From: Seinonella peptonophila
GTDB lineage: Bacteria; Bacillota; Bacilli; Thermoactinomycetales; Thermoactinomycetaceae
Assembly (NCBI RefSeq): GCF_900129355.1
Contig: NZ_FQVL01000007.1
Span: forward strand, 58,106 to 122,105
Length of the DNA stretch: 64,000 bases
Reading direction: 5' to 3'
Shown: positions 19,951-30,711 of the stretch, in pieces
Layout: the number at the start of each line of letters is the position of its first letter
Position numbering within the stretch: the stretch's first letter is position 1
Notes under the pieces: model-generated
What the model saw: only the letters and a program-made list of their open reading frames with translations
Database searches by the model: none
Told to the model about the DNA's origin: nothing
Made by a program: the position numbers and the translations under genes

Positions 19951-20048
19951 TAATATAGAGTAGGTCTTGCCTGAGTGATTTTGCAAGTTCTCAAAAAAAA
20001 AAGAATCTAATACAAAAGTTGCTGACCATCTTGCTATGTCAGCAGCTT

Positions 20049-20071
20049 TAGCCTCTATAAAGGCTATTTTT
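20049..20071 (+). terminator. rho-independent terminator (AGCCTctataaAGGCT + T-run) in a convergent intergenic region
   Basis: hairpin plus T-run; a second hairpin GCTGAC...GTCAGC lies just upstream (20021-20043). Confidence 0.45.
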
Positions 20072-20074
20072 AAT

Positions 20075-20557
20075 TTAATCCTCATCAAACATCTGTGTAG
20101 GTACTCCTAAGATTGAAATAAATTCATTATTCTCTAATGTTTTTTCAATCCAATTGATCAATGATTGTATGAGCTGAATCATATCAGAAATGTTCTGGTT
20201 TAAGTTTTTAGCAAACTGTGTTTGAGAATCATCAAATCCAAATCCTATATGGGAATTAATTTGTTGGATATTGGGTTTATTCTTTAAAATTAATAAGATT
20301 CGATTGAATTCAGTTATAATCTTTCTCCAAGTTTTATGATCTATATCATTGTTTGAGGAATATTCAAATGAAGGATATTGCTTCATAATGGATTGGATCA
20401 ACATTCCAAAAGGTTCTTCATCTAAGAAAATGGATCCATCATTCCAGTGAAGTCCTGTATACTTTCCAGGCTTTATTTCTATGTAATCATTTTCATCTAA
20501 TTCTTCGGCATTATCGATGGTGGGAGCGATTTTGTATGACCAAGAATAAATGATCAT
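20075..20557 (-). pseudogene. C-terminal portion of a decayed gene (160-aa ORF; upstream in-frame continuation is broken by stop codons)
   Basis: minus-strand frames upstream read MEARKYIHIEG*KIVQIEDQQLVNRERYEGSEELERYDKAVNEGIA-MIIYSW..., contiguous with the ORF. Confidence 0.35.
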
Positions 20558-21462
20558 CGCGATGCCTTCATTGACCGCTTTATCATACCGTTCTAACTCT
20601 TCCGACCCTTCATATCGCTCACGATTTACAAGCTGCTGATCCTCAATTTGTACGATTTTTCAACCTTCTATATGAATGTATTTACGAGCTTCCATTAATG
20701 CTGATTTTTGACTATTTGAACGTACCCAGCAATTGATAAATGCACCTTCTCACTCATCTGATTCGGGATTGTCTGGGGATGGTACTGCTTCAACCATAAT
20801 AAGTTGAACTACTACCACCTACAGAGGTGGTAGGTTCCTGCGAACACCAGACCAACGTCCAGTTATCTTAGCAGGCTCTACCCGCCGTCCCAGCGGTGAA
20901 AACAAAGTATGCTCTGCTATGCTCCCTACTTTCGCTTGGTTTTCGCAACTTCGGTGAGCTGGGTGGTTGAAGATTTTACGTTACTGACCCTTTCCAGCAA
21001 CAACCCCATATCTTCAGTTTTCAAAGAGCTACAACTATTCTAACAAAAAAAGTGGTTCTAAGCATTCCCACAAAAGGGATACCGAACCACGTCCCATTCA
21101 CCTCACCGCTTGTAGAAGCGGGAGTACTCTTGGACGAATTTGGATAGATAGTCTTCATTGTATGAATCACTCCTCTATATTTTATTATATTAGGAGTAGA
21201 TTGATATTTGAAAGGAACATAAAACAATATTATTGGTTAAATTCAATTCATTTATAAATATATTAATTTTATGTTATGTGATTTGCGGGAATGATGGTAA
21301 AAGGTAACTAGCGATTATACTATGATGAATTTACTGCTCAAAAGACTCTTTCTTATTCGTACATAGCTCATCCAATTGCTTTATAATCCTCTTCAATTCA
21401 TGTTATGAATAGGATAAAGATGAATTGAAAAAAAAGTGTTCGTTTCACTAGAGAAAGGTTGG

Positions 21463-24060
21463 ATGGTGTTGACAGGGTTAAATTATCATGTTGTCATTCC
21501 ATGGCGGGATCATCATGGGCAAGGAGAACAGACATCGATTACTGCATTGGATTATCTGAAACTGCTCGCAAAAAAAGATAATGGGTATGCTTTGTTAGCG
21601 GTTTGCTTTGGGGTGATACAACAATTACATTTAAATATAGGGAGTTCCGAACTCTTCAACTACTTTTTAAAACGAGCACTGCTTAATGAAGATGTATGTT
21701 TTCTTGAAGCTTGGCAATTGGGACGAATCATAGCTGGAAAACAACTTCGAGCAAATGATTTTTTTACAGATCAGTCAAACGAAAGAACAGGTAAAACAAT
21801 ACCAATCTATAACAACCCATTACAAAATCCAACAAAAGCCTACTTTACTCGTGAATCTGACGAGGTCATCGAAGAGCGACTCCATTCATTTTTTTATCAT
21901 TTTACCTGTGCTTTTATAGAAAATCGACGAGATGAGGAAATAGTATTACAACTAGGTAGTGAACTAAATTTGCACAAACAATTGGTCGATTATAAGCCAC
22001 GAGGTGATTCTCTTGTGTTTGCAGAAGCGAGTATTGTGCATTTTTTTCCTGAAGTACTTTCTAAAGTGATGGTAATGGAGGCTAAAAATCCATGGGAGAT
22101 TTTTTATCAGGGAGGAAAAACAGGTCCTGATCAGTCCAATCCTCTATTTTCTAAAATCTCTCAAGCAGGGAGACACTTTTTTAATCCAAGTCCACAAGAT
22201 ATTTATTCTGTGTTTAACCCCTTTTCAGCAAACGATTTCCCACAGTTTGCACCTGTTTCAGACATTTCATCCTTTTTTAGGGATGCCGTGAGAAAAAGGC
22301 AATTATCATCTATCAGATCCTATTTTCGTGGTTATGATGATCGTGAGCAAGGGCGTACGAGTGAAGTGGGGATGTATGACACTACTTATTTTACCTCTAC
22401 GAACGATTGGAGAGAATTTTACAAAATTGGTTACGAACAGAGACAAAAAGAATTAGTCTTACAAGCTTGTTATCCTGTACTTGATAAAATTATTCAGGCA
22501 AATCGAGGAGATCTGTTGTACCTATTTTTTAGAGGAGGAAGAAATGAAGCAAGTACGTCTAGTGAGTTGTCTGATCAGACGCTAAAAACCATTTATGAAG
22601 CAGGTAAACAATTTTTTAATCGAGACGAAGCACTGCTCCATGAAGAGTTTATGAATGCTAGTCAATCACTAGCACTATCTGAAGAAGCAAGCTCCCCCGA
22701 TATACACCCTGATTTTGCTCAAGCAGTAAAAGATCAGAATTTGGAAGCCATCGAAGCTTTTTATCGAGGATATGAGGTAAATGATAAAACAGGTGGACAA
22801 GAAAAGATTTTGAGAAGTTTAATTCCTGTTGATAAAAATCTAGAAGTATCTCCAGAGATTTTGGCTATGTTCGCTTTAGGATACACATTTGGAGGACGTG
22901 TGAATAAAAGGTTACGACCAAATATTATTCAACGATTATCTACAAACGCACAGCCAGTAGTAGATGAATGGTTTAGGATTCCGACATTAAAAAAAAGGGA
23001 AAAGCTGAATTTTGATGTACCCTTAAACATTGTGCAAGATAAAAGGGGGATCAAAGTCTTTGGTCAAAAAACACAAATGACCACTGGGGAGTATATGAAA
23101 GCACTCATTGCAAATAACAATGGATATGGATTATTAGCTGTTTGTTTTGGTGTTATGGATGAATTAGGGATCGGATCTCTCATCACTTCAGAATTATATA
23201 ACCGGGCTAAGTATAAAATGGACGAATGCTTTAAAGAATGCTTTTTAGTAGGTAAAAAGCTAGCTGGAAATACTGATTATGACGAATATTTATTTACAAA
23301 TGAAACGGAGATTAGAGAGGGGAAAACGATCCCTTTTCAAAAGAGACTAGATGTTCCAACAGATTTAAATAGTAATGTTGAATCATATTTCGAAGGTCTA
23401 ATCAGTTCTTTTATCAAAAGGTTTATGCAATTTTTTGTAGTTACTAAAGAAGATTATGCAAACGCAAATATTATTAATGGTGATAACAGTGCATTTCAGA
23501 TGGCAACACTACAGGGTCATCTTTTTGCTAAACAAGCAAGTCATAATCTGCATCTGATTCCAGACATTTTAGAGCAAATAGTTGAAAAAGATAGGGCAGA
23601 TCTACTAGTGGTCTTCTTAAAGGGTGGTAGAACCGATGATCCACTCGATTTTCGTATTTTAGGAGATACGAACTTATCAAAAATCTATGACGAGGGGAAT
23701 CGCTTTTTTCATTCAAAAGGTACAGTTTCCACAACGAAAATAACAGTAACGGAAATGTCTCATCAATCGACCGATTCTCAAATTCCACTTGAATTTCAAG
23801 AAGCCGTAAAACAAAATCAAATAGCTGCAATTCGGGACTTTTTTCGAGGGTTTAATGATCGTTATCAGAAGCACGAAAAAGAGGGCACTGAATCTTTGAA
23901 GAAAAATTTATATAATTTGGGTTATGAATTTGCAGATAAACAGCTTTTTCCAAAACAAGAGTCCAAAGTAGCAATAGAAAGAAGACAGCTCCACGAAGAG
24001 CCCTATGTTCCTTCAGATGTAATCAGACCGTCATCACGTGAAGCGACTAAAGGAAAATAA
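21463..24060 (+). CDS. large hypothetical protein (about 865 aa) with an internal tandem duplication; upstream GTG alternative at 21436
   Basis: GAAAGG RBS before ATG 21463; two roughly 400-aa halves share blocks (NGYxLLAVCFGVxxxL..., REGKTIP, DLLYLFFRGGRN/DLLVVFLKGGRT, AVKxQNLxAIxxFYRGY x3). Confidence 0.7.
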   Translation: MVLTGLNYHVVIPWRDHHGQGEQTSITALDYLKLLAKKDNGYALLAVCFGVIQQLHLNIGSSELFNYFLKRALLNEDVCFLEAWQLGRIIAGKQLRANDFFTDQSNERTGKTIPIYNNPLQNPTKAYFTRESDEVIEERLHSFFYHFTCAFIENRRDEEIVLQLGSELNLHKQLVDYKPRGDSLVFAEASIVHFFPEVLSKVMVMEAKNPWEIFYQGGKTGPDQSNPLFSKISQAGRHFFNPSPQDIYSVFNPFSANDFPQFAPVSDISSFFRDAVRKRQLSSIRSYFRGYDDREQGRTSEVGMYDTTYFTSTNDWREFYKIGYEQRQKELVLQACYPVLDKIIQANRGDLLYLFFRGGRNEASTSSELSDQTLKTIYEAGKQFFNRDEALLHEEFMNASQSLALSEEASSPDIHPDFAQAVKDQNLEAIEAFYRGYEVNDKTGGQEKILRSLIPVDKNLEVSPEILAMFALGYTFGGRVNKRLRPNIIQRLSTNAQPVVDEWFRIPTLKKREKLNFDVPLNIVQDKRGIKVFGQKTQMTTGEYMKALIANNNGYGLLAVCFGVMDELGIGSLITSELYNRAKYKMDECFKECFLVGKKLAGNTDYDEYLFTNETEIREGKTIPFQKRLDVPTDLNSNVESYFEGLISSFIKRFMQFFVVTKEDYANANIINGDNSAFQMATLQGHLFAKQASHNLHLIPDILEQIVEKDRADLLVVFLKGGRTDDPLDFRILGDTNLSKIYDEGNRFFHSKGTVSTTKITVTEMSHQSTDSQIPLEFQEAVKQNQIAAIRDFFRGFNDRYQKHEKEGTESLKKNLYNLGYEFADKQLFPKQESKVAIERRQLHEEPYVPSDVIRPSSREATKGK

Positions 24061-24241
24061 TAAAATAATCATCTAATATTATGTTATATTTGAATAAGTC
24101 CAATAAGCCCATCTTACAACCAACTGTTCAGGTTGTAATCCAGGTCCTGGAGCGATCCATTCACAACAAAGAATTGGAAACTGGTCGGTTTTTCTGGGAC
24201 ATGAGATGGGTTGGTTCGTTCAATGCTCTAGGAGGAGCAAC

Positions 24242-25465
24242 ATGCAATTCGGTAAGGAGATGGGATTACCTCATCCCAACATCAAACAGCGTCTTCGTGC
24301 AATGAAGACACGCCACCGCTGGATGAACCGAAAGGTTTTTCTGGCCGACACAGTAGCCATGCTGCTTGCCTTCCACGGTTCCTGGATGGCTCAGGGAGTC
24401 AACCGATTCCTCGAGCAGTCTTTGGGAGGAGGATGGCTCCCGCTGATCGTACTCGCGTACTACCTTTTCGGAGAGCTTGCAACCGTTCTCAGTGGGGGCA
24501 TTATCAACTGGGTCAACGCCAAGCGATTCGCAGTTGCCATGATGAGCGTCATGGCCGGTAGCGTCATCATCATCGCAAACGCGACCACACCACAGTGGCT
24601 GCTGGCTGGGTACAGCATCTACACAGCGTCACATTTCCTCGGGTTCACAGCAATTGCGACGATCTGTCGCATGAGCCTTAACTCAGATCCCAATCTTCAT
24701 CGACGAGGTGTCTCCTTCTACGGAGGCTATTGCTACCTCGGCGGAGCGGGAGCCGGATATGCCATCAATCTGGTACTGTCTGATGACATGTACCGGTGGA
24801 ACCTGATCGCCGTTACCACTGCACTAATCGGCATCTTCCTGCTGCTCTTCGTCAAGCTCCCTCAGGAGATGAATGAAGAGGTTACAAGCAATCGGAAGTC
24901 GTTCACGCCCCTCGGCTTCTGGCATCAGCTGTTCGACACTCGGGCAATCAGGGTGATTTGGCCCTATGCCTGTATTATCGCAGGCAACACCATTCTGATT
25001 AACTACCTTCAGTTCTCACTGGAGGCAGGAGCAGATTGGGTACTCACCCTATACTACTTAACCTGTGCTTTTGCAGGGGCGGTACCTGTACGAACCGCAG
25101 AGCGGAAGAATGACTGGGTCGTTTCGCTCTTGAGCTACGTTGCTGCTGGTGGAAGTATGGGCTGCTTCTTCATCGGCGGACTCACACTTAGTGTCGTGGG
25201 CGTAGTCCTACTCGGTCTGGCGATCGGGATGGGAAGGGTAAGTGCTTCCCAGCTCGGTTACATGGAGGCAGGGCTCACCGGACGAGGTGTTGCTGCATTC
25301 TATGAATCAGGCATCAAGATCGGACAGATCGTCGGCGCGTTCCTAGGTCTGCTTCGTCCGTTCATCGGTGATAATCTGATCTGGATTTCACCGCTTCCAT
25401 TGCTCATACTCGCCATCGTCTATACGGCGTGGCAGAAGAAGCAAAGATTTACTGCTGAAAAGTAG
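24242..25465 (+). CDS. MFS-type membrane transporter on a roughly 55% GC island
   Basis: AGGAGG RBS; about 12 hydrophobic segments; GC composition distinct from neighbours. Confidence 0.6.
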   Translation: MQFGKEMGLPHPNIKQRLRAMKTRHRWMNRKVFLADTVAMLLAFHGSWMAQGVNRFLEQSLGGGWLPLIVLAYYLFGELATVLSGGIINWVNAKRFAVAMMSVMAGSVIIIANATTPQWLLAGYSIYTASHFLGFTAIATICRMSLNSDPNLHRRGVSFYGGYCYLGGAGAGYAINLVLSDDMYRWNLIAVTTALIGIFLLLFVKLPQEMNEEVTSNRKSFTPLGFWHQLFDTRAIRVIWPYACIIAGNTILINYLQFSLEAGADWVLTLYYLTCAFAGAVPVRTAERKNDWVVSLLSYVAAGGSMGCFFIGGLTLSVVGVVLLGLAIGMGRVSASQLGYMEAGLTGRGVAAFYESGIKIGQIVGAFLGLLRPFIGDNLIWISPLPLLILAIVYTAWQKKQRFTAEK

Positions 25466-25802
25466 CCTCAATGAGACTGCGCTAATTGAAGAATAATCGC
25501 ATAAAGGGTAAAACAACTACAACTAAAGATGACGTGTACAGCAAGTCCTCCTTGAACGAATTGACCCCGAAAGTTCCAAAACTCAGCATAAAACAAGCCT
25601 AAATTAAGGCTTATCATGTTGGATGTAACGTTCATGTCGGAAATGCGTTTCCGAAAGTAGTTCATCCAAACAAAGCAACGCATTGTTTTCCAGCGTTCTT
25701 TGTAAAGAGTCGCCCATCTGGGCGTTCTTTTTGATGAATGGTCTGATAATTTAGACATCAATAAAGATAACTCAGCTAAATGATTTTAAAGTAAAAACTA
25801 TT

Positions 25803-26870
25803 CTATTGACTCTTATCTCTATCATTTTCTTTTCTTCGCTCGAGAATGCTACGTGCAAAATCCAGATCAGGATAACGATCAAAATTTAATTTACCAAATT
25901 TCCACTCATTTGCTTGAGTTACTGTGTCTATACCAAGGATTTGATTTGTTGCGTGATGAAGTAATGGCGGATTACGATGACCTTCAACCAATTCACAAAA
26001 TTTATCCCAGGTTTCAAATGGAGCTGTGGAAAGGTATTCTTTCCTATATTTCGAATTACGAGTTCTAAACAGTTTGCCCAAAAGGGATCTTCTATGTTTT
26101 GTTTCAGTATCCTTTATTTCATTTATTTCTTTGAGAATAAATTTTGCTTCTAAAGATACAGCATTCTCACATTCACGATAACAATTTTCTAGGTTTTCTG
26201 GACTAGATCTCCCTTCAGAGTAAGGATTTGAAATATTTTCATGAAGTCCATGAAAACTTTCTATTATTGGATAATACTTTTGATCAATAAATGATGAAAG
26301 GGAATCTGAATTTACAAGAAACTTAGAAACGCAGGCCATAAATGGGAAAATATCTTGTTCACTCTCATAATCAAAGGAATGGGAGGTTACCTTTTTTTTG
26401 ATTGCCGATGCAAGATTTTTCCAATTCATATGCCAATCGGGATTTTCTGCACCTAGCCCACTAGCAAGTTTCTTATGCGCTTGCATAATTATTGGCTTAA
26501 AGGTATCTAAAAATTCATTAGAATGGGGCTTGCGGGCTTCTAAGTCTGTGAAAATCTGTTGCCAGTCATTTTGTTGCATAATCTCCAATTCAGCTTCATA
26601 ATCATCGTGGTCAAAGTTTCCATAATTGGTTCCATATAGTTTAGTCAATGCTGTACTGAGTATCTCTAATTGATAGGGTTGTAGGAATGAGGGATCTTTA
26701 CTAAATTGAACAATCCAATCAACCACTTGTTCATAATCAGCTACAGCTTGTTCGAACTGTTCGGAAGATAACAAATGAGGGCGTTTTTTTAACAACTTGT
26801 CTAACAAATCATAGTTTATCCTTGGGGTTTTAGGGTCACTATCATTCATTTCAAATGGCAAAAAAGTCAC
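25803..26870 (-). CDS. hypothetical protein (355 aa)
   Basis: long ORF in AT-rich DNA, acidic/aromatic-rich, no recognisable motif. Confidence 0.5.
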   Translation of the reverse strand: MTFLPFEMNDSDPKTPRINYDLLDKLLKKRPHLLSSEQFEQAVADYEQVVDWIVQFSKDPSFLQPYQLEILSTALTKLYGTNYGNFDHDDYEAELEIMQQNDWQQIFTDLEARKPHSNEFLDTFKPIIMQAHKKLASGLGAENPDWHMNWKNLASAIKKKVTSHSFDYESEQDIFPFMACVSKFLVNSDSLSSFIDQKYYPIIESFHGLHENISNPYSEGRSSPENLENCYRECENAVSLEAKFILKEINEIKDTETKHRRSLLGKLFRTRNSKYRKEYLSTAPFETWDKFCELVEGHRNPPLLHHATNQILGIDTVTQANEWKFGKLNFDRYPDLDFARSILERRKENDRDKSQ

Positions 26871-27168
26871 CTCTTAAAAAATAGCTTTATATTGATAGAA
26901 TAGACACAATAATGTATAAAAACAATAGCAAAATCAATTTATCAAACTGAAAACCTCATTTTAGCAATTCTAACCAGCGCACAATTGAAGCGTTTTTTAA
27001 ATATTGCTTATTGAATTAGTAGAGAATGAGAAGTGAGAGGTATCCATTAAATTACCACTTTGGGAATGTTCTTAGTTGTAGCATGTGAATTTTTGTTACG
27101 AATATGACACTAGTTGACATATTTAAGCTTCATAATGGATCGTAGAACAACGAAAGGAGCAACTCATC

Positions 27169-27723
27169 ATGGAACGAAAAATCATTTTAGATTTAGCAAT
27201 TACTTTAGATGGTTTTATTGAGGGAAAGAATGGAGAAGTTGATTGGTGCATTATGGACGCTGAAATGGGGTTTATTCATTTCTTAAATCAAATTGATACG
27301 ATCTTGTATGGAAGAAAGAGCTATGATTTATGGGGTCAATTTACTCCAGGAATTGAACAGAATGATGCCGAAAAAGAAATTTGGGATTTGGTTCATAGTA
27401 AAGAGAAATATGTGTTTTCCAGGACACGAAAAGCGACAGATGATAAGGTGAAATTCATCAATCATCATGTTGTTGAGGAAGTAAATCAATTAAAGAATAA
27501 GCCTGGTAAAGACATTTGGCTTTATGGGGGAGCAAGTCTCATTACAACTTTCATCAATTTAGGGCTTGTTGATGAATTTAGATTATCTGTGCATCCTGTT
27601 GTGTTAGGAGAAGGAAAACCATTGTTTATTGATATGAAACAACGGTTAAATTTGAAATTGCTTGATACAAGAAAGTTTTCCTCTGGCGTTGTGCAACTCA
27701 TCTATCGTTCGAATAAGAAATAA
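27169..27723 (+). CDS. dihydrofolate-reductase-like (RibD_C family) protein, second paralogue
   Basis: LDLAITLDGFIEGKNGEVDW...LYGRKSYD...WLYGGASL...HPVVLGEGKPLF. Confidence 0.65.
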   Translation: MERKIILDLAITLDGFIEGKNGEVDWCIMDAEMGFIHFLNQIDTILYGRKSYDLWGQFTPGIEQNDAEKEIWDLVHSKEKYVFSRTRKATDDKVKFINHHVVEEVNQLKNKPGKDIWLYGGASLITTFINLGLVDEFRLSVHPVVLGEGKPLFIDMKQRLNLKLLDTRKFSSGVVQLIYRSNKK

Positions 27724-28289
27724 AATGTAATACGCCCAATGGTAATTGACATTCTTTAAAGCATGGATGCGTTCACAATTACAGCATTTCTTTCGGGTTG
27801 TCCAATTTCGGGCAGCTTATTTTTTATATAGAGAATAATTTTTTGATGATAAATCAATTTAATAAACATATCTATAAAAGTCTTTTCTTTGTCCGCCATA
27901 CGTTCGAGTTTGAATTGTGAATGTAGTATCAGAGAAGTCATATGAACTTTGTGAGAATCTTGAGCCTTTTATTTTCGCTGTAGCATCATTAAGCCATCTA
28001 TTATGCGTATGTCTGGTTGCGATATCAGTTGGAAGAGTCATCATAAGACAGAGGATGTTTAAAACTTTGCTGATCGATTAGATCTGACTGGCAAGCCAAG
28101 CGTCACCAGATACAGGATCAGTTACTTCTAAGGCCCCAATAGGCGCCGTGTAACAATATTTCTGCTGAAGTGATTACTTGGTGGGCTTTTTTGCACAAAA
28201 GTATCTTTTTACGACTATCTCAGCATCTCAAGAATTACCCATATGGGCTATCTAAATCACCATCATGACCAGGGGGTCATGATCAGATT

Positions 28290-28805
28290 TTAGATAGCAT
28301 TCTGGCTAAAGACTTTTTTGCCAATGAAGAAAAGAATAGGTAAAGATAATAAAAGTACCAACACAGTAATAGGAGAAATGATCATAAATTTGTTATGGGT
28401 AATCCACTTGTCTTGAAAGGCTAAATATAACAATAAGAAATTGATAGGCAAATTGAATGCAATCCCTGTTCCTATACCTGGACAATATTGTCGCATAACA
28501 ATGGTTGCCAGTAAGTGAGGAAAAAAAACATTTATCAACATTGCTAACATATATCCGCAATTTAAATAGACCCAAATACTTTCAGGCCCATAAGACCAAC
28601 TAAGAAAGGTGAGTAGATAGGCAAGTGCTGTCAAAACGATCACAGCAAACCGAAATTCTTGTTTTCCTACTTTAGCATGCCATTTTCCTGCTTGTTGTGA
28701 CCACTTTGGCAGCCAGATCGCTTCTTCTAAATTATGTAAGGTAGTCAAAATAGGGAACAGCCATTGGAGTTGCCAGAAAGATATATCAAACATTGTATCT
28801 CTCAC
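28290..28805 (-). CDS. HXXEE-domain membrane protein
   Basis: HNLEEAIW motif near the N-terminus; 4-5 TM segments. Confidence 0.6.
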   Translation of the reverse strand: MRDTMFDISFWQLQWLFPILTTLHNLEEAIWLPKWSQQAGKWHAKVGKQEFRFAVIVLTALAYLLTFLSWSYGPESIWVYLNCGYMLAMLINVFFPHLLATIVMRQYCPGIGTGIAFNLPINFLLLYLAFQDKWITHNKFMIISPITVLVLLLSLPILFFIGKKVFSQNAI

Positions 28806-29009
28806 CTCGTATCGCCTGTATCGAATGATAACAGCTAGATTGTCACTCCATTATACATGACTTGCTCAAAACCAACTTATGGATGGCCGAAGAATGAGCG
28901 AATAATGTAGTGAGTAATATGTTGATTACAATCATATTTAAATTGCTTTAAACATAATTTGAACAAGGACTCTAACATTCAACAAAAACATGCAACATTG
29001 CTAAATAAA

Positions 29010-29258
29010 CCCTATGACGAGTGAGAAGGGACGGCAAAATTCCATATCAGACAAACAACTAGTGGAATGGCGCTGAAGCAGTAGTTTCTCATCGGGCAAA
29101 CGGTTCGAGTCTCCGCTAAGCGTACACCAGAGAGGAGAGTTTTGCCGGGTCAAGAAAGCTGACAGAATGTGACAGCAGACACATGTTTGTAAGACCAGAT
29201 CGGGGATTCGCTGTGAACCACGATTACGAGCAGATCACACGACTTTATTTACAAGCTG
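29010..29258 (+). repeat. intergenic repeat family A, copy A1 (upstream of catalase)
   Basis: shares GGGCAAAC(G/T)GTTCGAGTCTCC...GAGTTTTGCC(C/G)G...GAACC(A/G)CGAT...TTTRTCTACAAG with 41084-41365 and 55075-55345. Confidence 0.5.
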
Positions 29259-29298
29259 GGAAAATAAGAAAAGCATCTAAAAATCGATAAATCATGCT

Positions 29299-30711
29299 TT
29301 GATCATGAAGGGAAGATATTTTGTGAAAAAGTATTCAGCAAAAGATAAAGGTCTTAAAGATGTTTCTCACCCTGAAAAGTGGGAACAAGATGCTCCCGCT
29401 TCTTTGCATTCCCAAACTGTGGGGAAAAGAGGTCCTGTGCTTGAGCAGGATAATATTTTACATGAAACACTTGAAACGTTCATTCATGAAAAAATATTGG
29501 AACGTCCTGTTCATGTGAAAGGTTATGGTGCTTTTGGTTATTTTTATACCATTAACCCTATGACTGAGTTTACAAAGCTCTGTTTCTTACAACATCCTGG
29601 CGAGCAAGTCCCCGTTGCAGTTAGATTTTCACTTGCCGTAAGTACAAAAGGGACACCAGATACCTCACGAAATGTACGTGGATTTGCCACAAAGTTTTAT
29701 ACAGATGAAGGTATCTTTGATTTGATATGTAATCATCTTCCTGTATTTTTGGTTCGAGATGCCATTCGGTTTCCTGAGTCGATCAAAGCTTTTTTACCTT
29801 CACCAAAAAATAATCTGATCGATCCCGAGCGTTTCTGGAGTTTTGTAGCAAGAGCACCTGAGTCTACTCATTTTGTGGTTCGATTGTATTCAGATGCAGG
29901 TACAGCCAAGAGCTTACGACACATTCCAGGTCATGGTGTGAATACTTATGTGTGGCGAAATGCACAAAATGAGGTTACATATGTAAAGTATCATTGGATT
30001 CCATGTGCTGGTATTCAATATATTGACTATAAGGAAGCTGCATATTGGAGTGGGAAGGATCCAGATATTGCTGGAAAAGATTTATATCAGACCATACAAA
30101 GAGGAAATCCTATAGAATATCAATTATATGTACAGCTTATGAATCCTGTAGACGAAGCTCAACTCCCCTATGATCCACTTGATGATACGAAGGTCTGGGA
30201 TGAACAACAGTATCCTTTCATGCTTGTTGGTCAAATGGTGTTAAATAGTAATCCGGAAAACTATATGGAACAAGTAGAAAAAATTGCTTTTTCACCATCG
30301 AATCTATTAGAGGGTGCAGAGTTATCAGCTGATAAGATGTTACAAGGACGTGCTAATATATATTGGGATTCTCAACGTCGTAGGCTTGGGTCTGATTTCC
30401 GAAAAATACCAATTAATCAACAGAAAAATTGGACCCCCGCTGATCTTGTAACAAGTGGGTATGGCAATCGTGTAAAAGGTCGCCTTACTCGCAGTGATAT
30501 CCCCAAACAAGATAATTTCACACAAGCAGGTCAGTATTTTGATTCATTGGATATGTTAGGACAAAAACATCTCATCCAAAATCTTGCGCGAGATCTTGCT
30601 GGAATTTCCCACGAGATCCGAACGATTGTTTTAGAATATCTCTATCACTCCTCACAGGAACTAGGGGAACGTGTTGCCTATCAAATTGGCATGAAAGAAA
30701 GAGGAAGATAG
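29299..30711 (+). CDS. heme catalase (small-subunit type, divergent)
   Basis: ERPVHVKGYGAFGYF and RFSLAVSTKGTPDTSRNVRGFATKFYTDEGIFDLICNHLPVF match the catalase core; RANIYWDSQRRRLG resembles the proximal Tyr region. Confidence 0.75.
   Translation: MIMKGRYFVKKYSAKDKGLKDVSHPEKWEQDAPASLHSQTVGKRGPVLEQDNILHETLETFIHEKILERPVHVKGYGAFGYFYTINPMTEFTKLCFLQHPGEQVPVAVRFSLAVSTKGTPDTSRNVRGFATKFYTDEGIFDLICNHLPVFLVRDAIRFPESIKAFLPSPKNNLIDPERFWSFVARAPESTHFVVRLYSDAGTAKSLRHIPGHGVNTYVWRNAQNEVTYVKYHWIPCAGIQYIDYKEAAYWSGKDPDIAGKDLYQTIQRGNPIEYQLYVQLMNPVDEAQLPYDPLDDTKVWDEQQYPFMLVGQMVLNSNPENYMEQVEKIAFSPSNLLEGAELSADKMLQGRANIYWDSQRRRLGSDFRKIPINQQKNWTPADLVTSGYGNRVKGRLTRSDIPKQDNFTQAGQYFDSLDMLGQKHLIQNLARDLAGISHEIRTIVLEYLYHSSQELGERVAYQIGMKERGR

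Noticed and set aside
25468-25761. 97-aa minus-strand ORF (MMSKLSDHSSKRTPRWATLYKERWK...)
   Set aside because: No RBS, AT-rich gap region; could be an N-terminal remnant of a transposase-like gene, but the evidence is insufficient.
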